From Malacoraja senta (lineage: Eukaryota), in the NCBI GenBank assembly GCA_038087875.1, contig CM075988.1, positions 1,426,001 to 1,490,000 on the forward strand: a DNA stretch of 64,000 nucleotides, read 5' to 3'. Each line of letters opens with the position of its first letter. The stretch's first letter is position 1. Below, in pieces: positions 12,415 to 24,980 of this stretch. Below the pieces are notes generated by a model. That model did not search any database. It saw only the letters and a program-made list of their open reading frames with translations, and was not told the DNA's origin. The translations under genes were made by a program, and so were the position numbers.

Positions 12415-13075
12415 GAGCACAGGGGATGTCAGTGGTGTTGAATGGTGGGGATCAGTACGGGATGGATGGGGGGGGGATCAGTACAGGATGAATGGGGGTA
12501 GACAAAAATGCTGGAGAAACTCAGCAGGTGAGGCAGCATCTATGGAGCGAAGGAAATAGGCAACGTTTCGGGTCGAGACCCTTCTTCAGACTGTTCCCCC
12601 CCATTCTTCTTGCATGGGGGGATCAGTACAGGATGGAGGGGGAAATCAGCGCAGGTTGAATGGGGGGGATCAGTACAGGATGAATGGGGGTGGTCAGTAC
12701 TGTGTGGATCGGAGGATCTGTGAAAGATGAATGGGGGGGGGGGGTCATTACAGGATGAATGAGAGGATCAATACAGGATGAATGATGGGGATTTGCAAAG
12801 GATGAATGGAGATCAGTATAGGATGAATGAAGGGATCAGTATAGGATGAATGAGGGGATCAGTACAGGATGAATGGGGGGGTTCAGTAAAAGAAGAATGG
12901 GGAGATCACTACAGGATGGATGGGGGGACTGGTGCAGGGTAAATGGAGGGTTGGTCAGTACGGGATGAATGGGGGGGAATAGTGCATGATGAATGGGGGG
13001 TGCAGTGCAGGATGGATGGGAAGGGAGGTCAGTACAGGATGAATTGGGGGACCAGTGTAGGATGGATGGGGGGGG
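12415..13075. repeat. G-rich minisatellite, unit of about 22-24 nt (GGATCAGTACAGGATGAATGGGGG)
   Basis: More than 20 degenerate tandem units with variable G runs; interrupted by a PLE-derived insert at about 12498-12592. Confidence 0.85.
12562..12589 (-). ncRNA. Minimal hammerhead ribozyme motif (intact core) in a PLE-derived repeat
   Basis: Minus strand CUGAAGA-A-GGGU(CUCG)ACCC-GAAACGUU. Confidence 0.7.
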
Positions 13076-13107
13076 TGGTGGCAGGAGAATCAATGCGAGG
13101 TGGATAG

Positions 13108-14462
13108 GAAATTATTATGGGAAACAAGGAAATGGCAAAAGTGTTGAACAGGTACTTTGGATCTGTCTTCACCAAGGAAGACACAATCTCCCAGAAGTAC
13201 TGGAGGACAGAGGATCTAAGGGGGTAGAGGAACTGAAAGAAATTTTGAATAGGCGAGAAATAGTATTGGGTAGGCTAATGGGACTGAAGGATGATAAATC
13301 CCTTGGGCATGATGGTCTGCATTCCAGGATCTTCAGGGAGGTGGCTCTAGAAATAGACACATTCGTGATAATTTTCCAATGTTCAATAGATTCATGATTA
13401 ATTCATGTGGATTGGAGGATAGCTAATGTTATCCCACTTTTCAAGAAAGGAGCGAGAGAGAAAACGGGGAATTACAGACCAGTTAGCCTGACTTCGCTGG
13501 TGGGAAAGATGCTGGAGTCAATTATTAAAGAGGTAATAATGGGACATTTGGATAGCGGTAAAAGGATTAGTCCAAGTCAGCATGGATTTATGAAAGGGAA
13601 ATCATTCTTGACTAATCTTCTGGAATTTTTTGAGGATGTGACAAGTAAAATGGATGAAGGGGGGCCAGTGGATGTAGTGTATCTAGACTTTCAGAAAGCC
13701 TTTGATAAGGTCCCGCACGGGAGACTGGTGACTAAAATTAGAGCACATGGTATTGGGGGTAGGGTGTTGACGTGGATAGAAAATTGGTTGGCAGACAGGA
13801 AGCAAAGAGTAGGAGTGAATGGGTCCTTTTCTGAATGGCAGGCAGTGGGGTGTGGAGTGCCGCAAGGCTCGGTGTTGGGGCCGCAACTGTTTACCATATA
13901 TATTAATGATTTGGAAGAGGGAATTAGGAGCAACGCTAGCATGTTTGCGGATGACACAAAGCTGGGTGGCACTGTGAACTGTCAAGAGGAGTGAGTGAGT
14001 GGGCAGTTGCGTGGCAGATGCAGTATAATATAGATACATGTGAGGTTATCCACTTTGGTGGCAAAAACAAGGGGGCTGATTATTATCTCAATCGGGTTAG
14101 GTTAGCTAAGGGGGAGGTACAGCGAGACCTGGGTGTCCTTGTACACCGGTCACTGAAAGTTGCCGTGCAGGTACAGCAGGCAGTGAAGAAAGCTAATGGA
14201 ATGTCGGTCTTCATAACAAGAGGATTTCAGTATAGGAGTAGAGACTGCAGTTGTATAGGGCTCTGGTAAGCCCACGTCTGGAGTATTACGTATAGTTTTG
14301 GTCTCCTAATTTGAGGAAGGACATCCTTGTGATTGAGGCAGTGCAGCGTAGGTTCACGAGATTGATCCCTGGGATGGCAGGAGTCATATGAGGAAAGATT
14401 GAAAAGACTAGGCTTGTATTCACTGGAGTTTAGAAGAATGAGGGGCTATCTTCTAGAAACAT
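13108..14462 (+). mobile_element. CR1 ORF2 fragment
   Basis: ORF 13407-13994: NYRPVSLTS, YLDFQKAFDKV, GVPQGSVLGP, FADDTK. Confidence 0.92.
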
Positions 14463-14463
14463 A

Positions 14464-14660
14464 TCTATATTATTATCTATATTACTAAAAGTCTGATCTT
14501 GACCACTTCCTGTTCTGTATATTGATTTTAGAAAAAATGCTGCCACTTACGGCTGTGATTTTTGGCCATCTTACTCACAGATCCCCTCCGCTGCGCAGGA
14601 CAAGAGGATTTTTCCCATCGCTGAAAAATAAAAGAGTTATTAGTGTTTAACAAATGTTGT
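14464..14660 (+). mobile_element. Helitron-like 5' end fragment
   Basis: Starts A|TCTATATTA (duplicated), then TCTATATTACTAAAA, inside CR1 with no TSD; no 3' CTAG end seen. Confidence 0.55.
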
Positions 14661-14661
14661 G

Positions 14662-16961
14662 AATAATGGAGCCGACCAGAGAAAAGGCAATTCTGGATTT
14701 AGTGTTGTCCAATGAACCAAATTTGATAAGAGAACTCGAGGTAAAGGAACCGCTTGGAGGTAATGACCATAATATGATTGGTTTTAATCTGCAATTTGAG
14801 AAGGAGAAGGTTAAATTGGAAGTGGCAGTGATGCAGCTGAACAAATGGGATTATGAAGGCATGAGAGAGGAGCTGGCCAAGGTAGACTGGAAAGGGATAC
14901 GAGCAGGAATGACGGTGGAACAGCAATGGCAGGAATTTCTGGGCATAATCCGGAAGACACAGGATCATTTCATTCCAAAAAGGAAGAAAGATTCTAAGGG
15001 GAGTAGGAGGCAACCGTGGCTGACAAGAGAAGTTAGGGATAAAATAAAACTAAAAGAAAAGATGTATAACACAGCAAAGAGTAGCCGGAAGCCAGAGGAT
15101 TGGGAAACTTTCATAGGACAACAGAAGGAAACAAAACGGGCAATACGGGCTGAAAAGATGAAGTACGAAGGGAAGCTGGCCAGGAGTATAAAGAAGGACA
15201 GTAAAAGCTTCTTTAGATACGTTAAGGGAAAAAGAGTAGCAAAGTCAAATGTAGGTCCCTTGAAGGAAGACACGGGTGAAATTATTATGGGGAACAAGGA
15301 AATGGCAGAAGAGTTGAACAGGTACTTCGGATCTGTCTTCACTAAGGAAGACACAAACAATCTCCCAGAAGTACTGGAGGACAGAGGATCTAAGGGGGTC
15401 GAGAAACTGAAAGAAAATTTCATTAAGCGAGAAATAGTATTGGGTAGGCTAATGGGACTGTAGGATTATAAATCCCCGGGGCCTGATGGACTGCATTGCA
15501 GGGTCCTCAGGGAGGTGGCTCTAGAAATAGTGGACGCATTGGTGATCATTTTCCAATGTTCAATAGATTCAGGATCAGTTCCTGTGGATTGGAGGATAGC
15601 TAATGTTATCCCACTTTTCAAGAAAGGAGCGAGAGAGAAAACGGGGAATTACAGACTAGTTCGCCTGACTTCGGTGGTGGGAAAGATGCTGGAGTCAATT
15701 ATTAAAAAGGTAATAATGGGGCATTTGATTAGCAGTAAAAGGATTAGTCCAAGTCAGCATGGATTTATGAAAGGAAAATCATGCTTGACTAATCTTCTGG
15801 AATTTTTTGAGGATGTGACAAGTAAAATGGATGAAGGGTGCCAGTGGATGTAGTGTATCTGGACTTTCAGAAAGCCTTTGATAAAGTCCCGCACGGGAGA
15901 CTGATGACTAAAATTAGAGCACATGCTATTGGGGGTAGGGTGTTGACGTGGATAGAAAATTGATTGGCAGATAGGAAGCAAAGAGTAGGAGTGAACGGGT
16001 CCTTTTCAGAATGGCAGGCAGTGGTGAGTGGCGTGCCGCAAGGCGCGGTGTTGGGGCCGCAACTGTTTACCATATATATTAATGATTTGGAAGAGGGAAT
16101 TAGGAGCAGCGCTAGCAAGTTTGTGGATGATTCAAAGCTGGGTGGCAGTGTGAACTGTGAAGAGGATGTTAGGAGGTTGCAGGGTGACCTGGACAGGTTG
16201 AGTGAGTGGGCAGTTGCGTGGCAGATGCAGTATAATATAGATAAATGTGAGGTTATCCACTTTGGTGGCAAAAACAAGGGGGCTGATTATTATCTCAATG
16301 GGGTTATGTTAGGTAAGGGGGGGGTACAGCGAGACCTGTGTGTCCTTGTACACCAGTCACTGAAAGCTGGCGTGCAGGTACAGCAGGCAGTGAAGAAAGC
16401 TAATGGAATGTTGGCCTTCATAACAAGAGGATTTCAGTATAGGATTAGAGAGGTTCTTCTGCAGTTGTATAGGGCTCTGGTAAGACCACGTCTGGAGTAT
16501 TGCGTATAGTTTTGGTCTCCTAATTTGAGGAAGGACATCCTTGTGATTGAGTCAGTGCAGCGTAGGTTCACGAGATTGATCCCTGGGATGGCGAGACTGT
16601 CATATGAGGAAAGATTGAAAAGACTAGGCTTGTATTCACTGGAGTTCAGAAGGATGAGGGGGATCTTATAGAAACATATAAAATTATAAAAGGACTGGAC
16701 AAGCTACTATAGATGCAGGAAAAATGTTCCCAATGTTGGGCGAGTCTAGAACCAGGGGCCACAGTCTTAGAATAATGGGGCGGCCATTTAAGACTGAGGT
16801 GAGAAAAAAAAATTCACCCAGAAAGTTGTGAATTTGTGGAATTCCCTGCCACAGAGGGCAGTGCAAGCCAAATCACTGGATGGATTTAAGAGAGAGTTGG
16901 ATAGAGGCTAGTGGAATCAAGGGATATGGGGAGAAGGCAGGCACGGGTTATTGATTGGGGA
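14662..16961 (+). mobile_element. CR1 (endonuclease C-terminus, RT, 3' UTR); tail resumes at about 18110-18193
   Basis: PTREKAILDLVL...DH, full RT motif set; 3' UTR split at gggac by an opposite-strand CR1. Confidence 0.93.
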
Positions 16962-18100
16962 CATAGAAACATAGAAAATAGGTGCAGGAGTAGGTCATTC
17001 GGCCCTTTGAGCCTGCACCGCCATTCAATATGATCATGGCTGATCATCCAACTCAGTATCCTGTACCTGCCTTCTCTCCATACCCCCTGATACCTTTAGC
17101 CACAAGGTCCACATCTAACTCCCTCTTAAATATAGCCAATGAACTGGCCTCAACTACCTTCTGTGGCAGAGAGTTCCAGAGATTCACCACTCTCTGTGTG
17201 AAAAATGTTTTACTCATCTCGGTCCTATAAGATTTCCCCCTTATCCTTAAACTGTGACCCCTTGTTCTGGACTTCCCCAACATCGGGAACAATCTTCCTG
17301 CATCTAGCCTGTCCAACCCCTTAAGAATTTTGTAAGTTTCTATAAGATCCCCCTCAATCTTCTAAATTCTAGCGAGTACAAGCCAAGTCTATCCAGTCTT
17401 TCTTCATATGAAAGTCCTGAAATCCCAGGAATCATTCTGGTGAACCTTCTCTGTACTCCCTCTATGGCAAGAATGTCTTTCCTCAGATTAGGAGACCAAA
17501 ACTGTACGTAATACTCCAGGTGTGGTCTCACCAAGACCCTGTACAACTGCAGTAGAACCTCCCTGCTCCTATACACAAATCCTTTTGCTATGAATGCTAA
17601 CATACCATTCGCTTTCTTCACTGCCTGCTGCACCTGCATGCCTACTTTCAATGACTGGTGTACCATGACACCCAGGTCTCGTTGCATCTCCCCTTTTCCT
17701 AATCGTCCACCATTCAGATAATAGTCAATTTTCCTGTTTTTGCCACCAAAGTGGATAACCTCACATTTATCCACATTATACTGCATCTGCCATGCATTTG
17801 CCCACTCACCCAGCCTATCCAAGTCACCTTGGAGGCTCCTAGCATCCTCCTCACAGCTAACTCTGCCCCCCAGCTTCATGTCATCCGCAAACTTGGAGAT
17901 GTTTACAATCATTAATATATATTGTAAATAGCTGGGGTCCCAGCACTGAGCCTTGCGGTACCCCACTAGTCACTGCCTGCCATTCTGAAAAGGACACGTT
18001 TACTCCTACTCTTTGCTTCCTGTCTGCCAGCCAGTTCTCTATCCACATCAATACTGAACCCCCAATACCGTGTGCTTTAAGTTTGTATACTAATCTCTTA
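16962..18100 (-). mobile_element. CR1 3' portion nested in the 3' UTR of another CR1
   Basis: (catagaaa)n tail, ORFs 17340-17966 and 17053-17316; host UTR continues with gggacgatcagccatg. Confidence 0.92.
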
Positions 18101-18299
18101 AGACGAACTGGGACGATCAGCCATGATCACAATGAATTACGGTGCTGGCTCAAAGGGCCGAATGGTCTCCTCCTGCACCTGTTTTCTATGTTTCCAGTGA
18201 CCCTGGTTCAATCCTGACCTCTGCTGTCCGTGGAGTTTGCACATATTCTGAGATTTCCTATGTTTTTTTTCCTACAATCCAACAACGGTTGGTATCTTA

Positions 18300-18650
18300 C
18301 GCAAACTGGACTCGCACCTATTTCTCCCCTCCACCACCCCTGCTACTTTGCCTGGAATCCCCCACAACTCAAACCTGTTTCATACCTACTGTTCTTATCT
18401 CTGGCCTTTGTTCCAGCCTATCAAAAAGTACGCCTCGGCTGTGTGAACCTTCTACTTGCCATACCACTGCCCTCCCCTTTTACAGCATTCTTCTCCCCCC
18501 CTCCCCCACGCACATAATCAGTCTGAAGAAGCTCGACCTGAAACTTCATCTATGCATGTTCTTCAGAGAAACTGCCTGACGTGTTGAGTTCCCTTAGTAC
18601 TTTCTGTCCTTTGTGTATTAACCTGCGTCTGCAGTTCTTTGTTTCAACCA
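18300..18650 (+). mobile_element. Penelope-derived repeat (old)
   Basis: gtctgaagaagctcgacctgaaac at about 18521-18544, plus terminal ctgcagttc motif. Confidence 0.6.
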
Positions 18651-18949
18651 ATAACCTGCTGATAGAGAGGTGGATCAGCTAGTATTGGATGTAGGTGGCT
18701 GTCAGGAGTTGGTAGACTACTAGTATGTGGGAGTGAATAGCTTGCACGGAATGGTATTGCTCGATAGCTGATGAACTATCAATGAGCTGAAAGGCCAATG
18801 TGTAAGGTAATATTAATGAGAGATAGTCTGGACTATTTGTATTGGTCTGGTCTCTTTGCTCTATGGTGACTTTGAATGAGCCACAGAGACTAGAGTTATA
18901 AACGTAACAGGTTGTTATTCAGCACAAGCAAGCATGCATCCTCCCTTAG

Positions 18950-19735
18950 CAAAAGGATCAATGACTTCCTCATTGGCAGCACTTGATCAGTACAAGTTGG
19001 CAACAACAGCTCTTTGTCGCTAACAATCAGTACAGGGGCACCTTAATGCTGTGTGTGCTCAGTCCCCTAATCTACTCTCTATACCCATACCCCTGTAGGC
19101 AGACACAGCTTTGATAATCTGTCCTGTGCTCAGCACATTTCCCCCCCCCCCCCCCCCACAAATATGTAATTACTGATTCTGTTTCGTAGGTTTTTTTTCC
19201 CCCAATCCGCAAGCATTGCCACTTTTCATTTCACTGCACATCTCGTATGCGTATGTGACGAATAAACTTGACTTGACTTGACATTGATGGAATTACAAAT
19301 AAAGCATACCAATGCCTCTACTTCCTCAGTCGTTTGAGGTGATTCCTTGGTCTTACTAACATTGGTGGCAAGATTGTGGTTCTGGCACCACTCAATCACA
19401 TTATAGATCTCCCTCTTGTACTTTTTACATAGTTACCAGTTATTCATCAAATATGATGGTATAGTCGATGAATTTGAAGATGGTGTTGGAGCTCTGCCTG
19501 GCTGCACAATCATAGGTATAGAGAGAGTAGAGCAGGGGATTGCGCATGAAGCCCTGAGGCCCCTGTTGAAGTTTTGTTTATCATCCAGAAGTTTAGTTTA
19601 GTTTATTATTGTCACGTGTACAATGAAAAGCTTTTTTGTTGCGTGCGATCCAGTCAGCGGAAAGACTTGATTACAATCAAGCCGTCCACAGTTTACGGGA
19701 TAAAGGGAATAACGTTTAGTACAAGATAAAGTCCA
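18950..19735. mobile_element. Cluster of Rex1/Babar fragments (both strands)
   Basis: TGAP-CVLSP-LYSLYT-like remnant, aataaacttgacttgac tail (+), gtttagtttagtttattattgtcac tail (-). Confidence 0.55.
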
Positions 19736-21312
19736 GCAAGGGGTGAAATTGAAACGGGAGATGTGGAGTCAGTATGGATAGAACTAAGGAATTGTAAGGG
19801 TAAAAAGACCCCAATGGGACTTATCTACAGGCCCCCAAACAGTAGCCTGGACACAGGGTGCAAGTTGAATCAGGAGTTAAAATTGGCATGTAGTAAAGAT
19901 AATGTGGTGGTTGTAATGGGAGATTTTAACATGCAGGTAGACTGGGTAAATCAGGTTGGTACTGGACCCCAAGAAAGGGACTTTGTAGAGTGCCTTCGTG
20001 ATGGATTCTTAGAGCAGCTTGTAATGGAGCCTACCAGGGAGAAGGCAATTCTGGATTTAGTGTTAGGTAATGAACCGGATTTGACAAAGAACTTGAGGTT
20101 AATGAGCCATTAGGAGGTGGTGACCATAATATGGTCAGGTTTAATCTACAATTGAAGAGGGAGAAGGGTAGATCGGAGGTGTCAGTGTTACAGTTGAATA
20201 AAGGGGACTATGGGGCCATGAGGGAGGAGCTGGCCAAAGTTTACTGGAAAGATACCCTAGCAGGGGTGACAGTGGAACAACAATGGCAGGTATTTCTAGG
20301 AATAATACAGAAGGTGTAGGGTCAGTTCATTCCTAGGAGGAAGAAAGATTCCAAGGGGAGTAAGGGGTGACCGTGGCTGACAAGGGACGTCAGGGACAGT
20401 ATAAAAATAAAAGAGAAGTACAACGCAGCAAAGATGAGCGGGATGCATGAGGATTGGGTAATGTTTAAAGAGCAACAGAAGATAACTAAAAAGACAATAC
20501 GGGGAGAAAAGATGAGGTACAAAGGTAAGCTAGCCAAGAATATAAAGGAGGATAGTAAAAGCTTCTTTAGGTATGTGAAGAGGAAAAAATTAGTTAAGAC
20601 CAAAGTTGGACCCTTGAAGACCGAAAAAGGTGAATTTATTATGAGGAACAAGGAAATGGCAGATGAGTTGAACAGGTACTTTGGATCCGTCTTCACTAAG
20701 GAGGACACACACAATCTTCCTGATATAGTAGTGGCCAGAGGATCTGGGGTGACGGAGGAACTGAAGGAAATCCACATTAGGCAGGAAATGGTGTTCTGTA
20801 GACCGATGGGACTGAAGGCTGATAAATCCCCAGGGCCTGATGGTCTGCATCCCAGGGTATTTAAGGAAATGGCTCTAGAAATCGTGGATGCATTGGTGAT
20901 AATTTTCCAATGTTCTATAGACTCAGGATCAGTTCCTGTGAATTGGAAGGTAGCTGAGGTTATCCCACTTTTTAAGAAAGGCGGGAGAGAGAAAACAGGG
21001 AATTATAGACCAGTTAGACTGCCATCGGTGGTGGGGAAGATGCTGGAGTCAATTATAAAAGATGAAATAGCCGCACATTTGGATAGCAGTAACAGGATCG
21101 GTCCGAGTCAGCATGGATTTACGAAGGGGAAAATCATGCTTGACTAATCTTCTGGAATTTTTTGAGGATGTAACTAGGAAAATGGACAAGGGAGAGGTAG
21201 TGGATGTAGTGTGTTAAAGAAGGAACTGCAGATGCTGGAAAATCGAAGGTACACAAAAATGCTGGAGAAACTCAGCGGGTGCAGCAGCATCTATGGAGCG
21301 AAGGAAATAGGC

Positions 21313-21340
21313 AACGTTTCGGGCCGAAACCCTTCTTCAG
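21313..21340 (-). ncRNA. Minimal hammerhead ribozyme motif (intact core) in the PLE 3' repeat
   Basis: Minus strand CUGAAGA-A-GGGU(UUCG)GCCC-GAAACGUU. Confidence 0.75.
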
Positions 21341-21456
21341 ACTGATAGGGGGTGGGGAGAAGAAAGGAAAAAAGGAAAAGGCGGAGGAGGAGCCCGAGGG
21401 CTGGGGGAGGGGAGGAGACAACCAGATGGCTGATGAAGGGGAGGGGACAGCCAGGG

Positions 21457-22437
21457 CTAGCAGAATTGGGAGAATTCAACGTTCAGGCCACCAGGATGTA
21501 GACTGCCCAAGCGGAATATGAGGTGCATTTCCTCCAATTTACGGTGTTGCTCGCTGTGGCCATGGAGGAGACCCAGGACAGAGAGGTCAGATACGGAATG
21601 GGAGGGGGAGTTGAAGTGCTGAGCCACCGGGAGTTCAGGTTGGTTATTGCGGACCGACCGGAGGTGTTCGGCGAAACGATCGCCAAGCCTCCGCTTGGTC
21701 TCACCGATGTAGATCAGCTGGCATCTAGAGCAGCGAATGCAATAGATGAGGTTGGAGGAGATGCAGGTGAACCTCTGTCGCACCTGGAACGACTGCTTGG
21801 GTCCTTGAATGGAGTGAAGGGGGGAAGTGAAGGGACAAGTGTTGCATCTCTTGCGGTTGCAAGGGAAAGTACCAGGGGAGGGGGTGGTATGGGAGGGAAG
21901 GGAAGAATTGACAAGGGAGTTACGGAGGGAGCGGTCTTTGCGGAAGGCAGACATAGGGGGAGATGGGAAGATGTGGCGAGTGGTGGGCTCACGTTGGAGG
22001 TGGCGAAACTGACGGAGGATCACTTGTTGTATGTGACGGCTGGTGGGGTGAAAGGTGAGGACTAGGGGGACTCTGCCTTTGTTGTGAGTGGGGGGATGGG
22101 GAGAGAGAGCAGTGTTGCGGGGTATGGCAGAGACCCTGGTGCGAGCCTCATCTATGGTGGAGGAGGGGAACCCCCGTTCCCTGAAGAATGAGGACATTTC
22201 AGATGCCCTGGTGTGGAACGCCTCATCCTGGGAGCAGATGCGGCATAGACGGAGGAATTGGGAGTGGGGGATGGAGTCCTTACAGGAAGCAGGGTGGGAA
22301 GAAGTGTAGTCCAGATAGCCATGGGAGTCGGTAGGTTTGTAGTGGATGTCGGTAAGGAGTCTATCACCTGCGATGGAGATAGTGAGGTCAAGGAATGGTA
22401 GGGAAGTGTCGGAAATGGTCCAGGTGTATTTGAGTGC
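21457..22437 (-). pseudogene. PLE RT C-terminus plus GIY-YIG endonuclease (open frame, no N-terminus)
   Basis: LPFLDL, YKPTDSHGYLDYTSSHP, CNRKRCNTC, NLIYCIRC..C..IYIGETKRRLGDRFAEH, GLN. Confidence 0.9.
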
Positions 22438-23679
22438 CCGGATGGAAGTTGGTGGTGAAGCGGATGAAGTTGGATGTAGTGTACCTGGACTTTCAGAAAG
22501 CCTTTGATATGGTCCCTCATAGGAGATTAGTGGGCAAAATTAGGGCACATGGTATTGGGGGTAGAGTGCTGACATGGATAGAAAATTGGTTGGCAGACAG
22601 GAAACAAAGAGTAGGGATTAACGGGTCCCTTTCAGAATGGCAGGCAGTGACTAGTGGGGTACCGCAAGGCTCGGTGCTGGGCTCGCAGCTATTTACATTA
22701 TACATCAATGATTTGGATGAAGGGATTCAAAGTAACATCAGCAAATTTGCAGATGACACAAAACTTGATGGCAGTGTGAACTGTGAGGAGGATGCTATGA
22801 GAATGCAGGGTGACTTGGACAGGTTGGGGAGTGGGCAGATGCATGGCAGATGAAGTTTAATGTGGATAAATGTGAGGTTATCCACTTTGGTATCAAAAAC
22901 AGGAAGGCAGATTACTATCTAAATGGCGTCAAGTTGGGAAAAGGGGAAGTACAACGGGATCTGGGGGTACTTGTTCATCAGTCTATGAAAGTAAGCATGC
23001 AGGTACAGCAGGCAGTGAAGAAAGCGAATGGCATGTTGGCCTTTAGAACAAGAGGAGTCGAGTATAGGAGCAAAGCGGTCCCTTCTGCAGTTGTGCAGAG
23101 CCCTAGTGAGACCACACCTGAGGTATTGTGTGCAGTTTTGGTCCCCTAATTTGAGGAAGGACATTCTTGCTATTGAGGGAGTGCAGCGTAGGTTTACGAG
23201 GTTAAATCCTGGGATGGTGGGACTGTCATATGTTGAGGGAATGGAGCAGCTGGGCTTGTACACTCTGGAGTTTAGAAGGATGAGAGGGTTAGGGTTGAAA
23301 CATATAAGATTGTTAAGGGTTTGGACATGCTAGAGGCAGGAAACATGTTCCCGATGTTGGGGGAGTCCAGAACCAGGGGCCACAGTTTAAGAATAATGGG
23401 TAAGCCATTTAGAACGGAGACGAGGAAACACTTTTTCTCACAGAGAGTTGTGAGTCTGTGGAATTCTCTGCCTCAGATGGCGTTAGAGGCCAGTTCTCTG
23501 GATACTTTCAAGAGAGAGCTAGATAGGGCTCTTAAAGATAGCGGATGAGTCGGGTGATATGGGCAGAAGGCAGGAACGGGGTACTGATTGTGGATGATCA
23601 GCCATGATCACATTGAATGGTGGTGCTGGCTCGAAGGGCCGAACGGCCTACTCCTGCACCTATTGTCTATTGAAACACC

Positions 23680-23970
23680 AATTAAAGGTAGTCCGAGGGT
23701 CTCCAATGAGTTATATGGTGGCTCAGGACCACACTCTAGTCTAGTTGATGATAGGATGGTTCTGTTGACTGTTAAGACCTGGGAAGAAACTGTCCCTGAA
23801 TCTGGAGGTGAGTATTTTCACACCTGCACCTGACTGATTGGAGAAAGGAGAAAAGGTAGTGTCTGGGGTGAGACTGGTCCTTGATGATGTTGGTGGCCTT
23901 GCTGAGGCAGCATAAAGTGTAGATGGAGTCAATGGAAGGGAGGTTGGTTTGCGTGATAGTCTGGGATGTA
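23680..23970 (-). mobile_element. Rex1/Babar 3' fragment
   Basis: TSRFRDSFFP motif. Confidence 0.7.
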
Positions 23971-24017
23971 TTGAAAATAGACTTTGGTATTCTCCACCCC
24001 AGAGGACTGCAAAGAAT

Positions 24018-24150
24018 TAGTCAGAAGAAGGGTCTCGACCCGAAGCATCACCCATTCCTTCTCTCCAGAGATGCTGTCTGTCCCGCTGAGTTACTCCAAC
24101 ATTTTGTGCCTACCTTCGATTTAAACCAGCATCTGCAGTTCTTTCCTACA
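24018..24150 (+). mobile_element. Penelope-derived short repeat (mutated hammerhead)
   Basis: cagaagaagggtctcgacccgaagcatc plus the PLE terminus. Confidence 0.75.
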
Positions 24151-24699
24151 GATTTAGTCACAGTATATTCAAGACTGGTGGATAGATAATGTAGTTTGTA
24201 TGGAAGAATGAGGAAAGGCAAGATTTTAAATTGAGCAAAGTGACCTGAGAGTGTGTGTGCAATAATCATTGAACGTGACAGAAAGGTTTGAGAACCCAAT
24301 TGATAGGGCAAACACAATTTTAGTCTTTATCAATAAGGAGGATGTGGGGCCACCAGGGAGGGTCTGGAAAAAATGATCAGAATTGTTCTAGGCATGAGGG
24401 ACTACATTTACGGGGATCGGTGTGAGAGACTGACTAATTTAGAGAGGAGAAGGAGAGTTGGTGAAATAATATAAAAAGATGAAGTCCAATCTGTATAAGT
24501 AAAGGCTGTTCTCTTTTTGGAGGGGCAGAAGTCAAAGGTGAAAGAATCAAGAGGTACATGAGGAAAGTTTTTGACCGCATAATGTGCTTGGAGTTAGGAA
24601 ATGCACTGCCTGCAATGTGAAGGAGGTCGATTCCATTGTAGTGAACAAGAGAGAGTTAGATAAATGCACGATGAACTAAAATTTGCAAGTTACGGAAGT

Positions 24700-24980
24700 T
24701 ACGGATGCCCAAGTTTGATCCTGATCTGGTGCTGTCCGTTGCACGTGATGGTTGCACATTTTCTTTGTGACTGCTGGTTCTCTTTGGGAGCTCAGGTTTC
24801 CTCCCACATCCCAAGGATGGCCAGTGAATTGACCAGAATAAATTGCCCCAGCTATCTGAGTGGATGGTAAAATACGGGGGAGTTAATGATAAAATGGGAT
24901 GAATACAATAGGATCAGTTGAATAAATGGATGTTTGTGATTGGCACTGACTTGGACGGCTGAGGGACCTGTATATGCTAT
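24700..24980 (+). mobile_element. HE1-like V-SINE (old)
   Basis: ctcaggtttcctcccacatcccaaggatg...aaattgcccc V-domain. Confidence 0.6.

Larger units (their letters stand above)
21213..22470 (-). mobile_element. Penelope-like element, 5'-truncated, with 12-bp TSD
   Basis: RT thumb plus GIY-YIG ORF; TSD tggatgtagtgt at 21201-21212 and 22471-22482. Confidence 0.95.
19740..23672 (+). mobile_element. CR1 (endonuclease, RT, 3' UTR) interrupted by a PLE
   Basis: ESVWIEL, IYRPPNS, MGDFN, SPGPDGLHPRV, YLDFQKAFD, FADDTK, ctattgtctattg tail. Confidence 0.93.

Noticed and set aside
12415..13075. CRISPR-like array
   Set aside because: No unique spacers (only variable G runs), degenerate units, eukaryotic context and no cas genes
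21523..22065. Long plus-strand ORF; similar antisense ORFs over CR1, Rex1 and L1
   Set aside because: Shadow frames opposite retroelement ORFs, with no independent motifs
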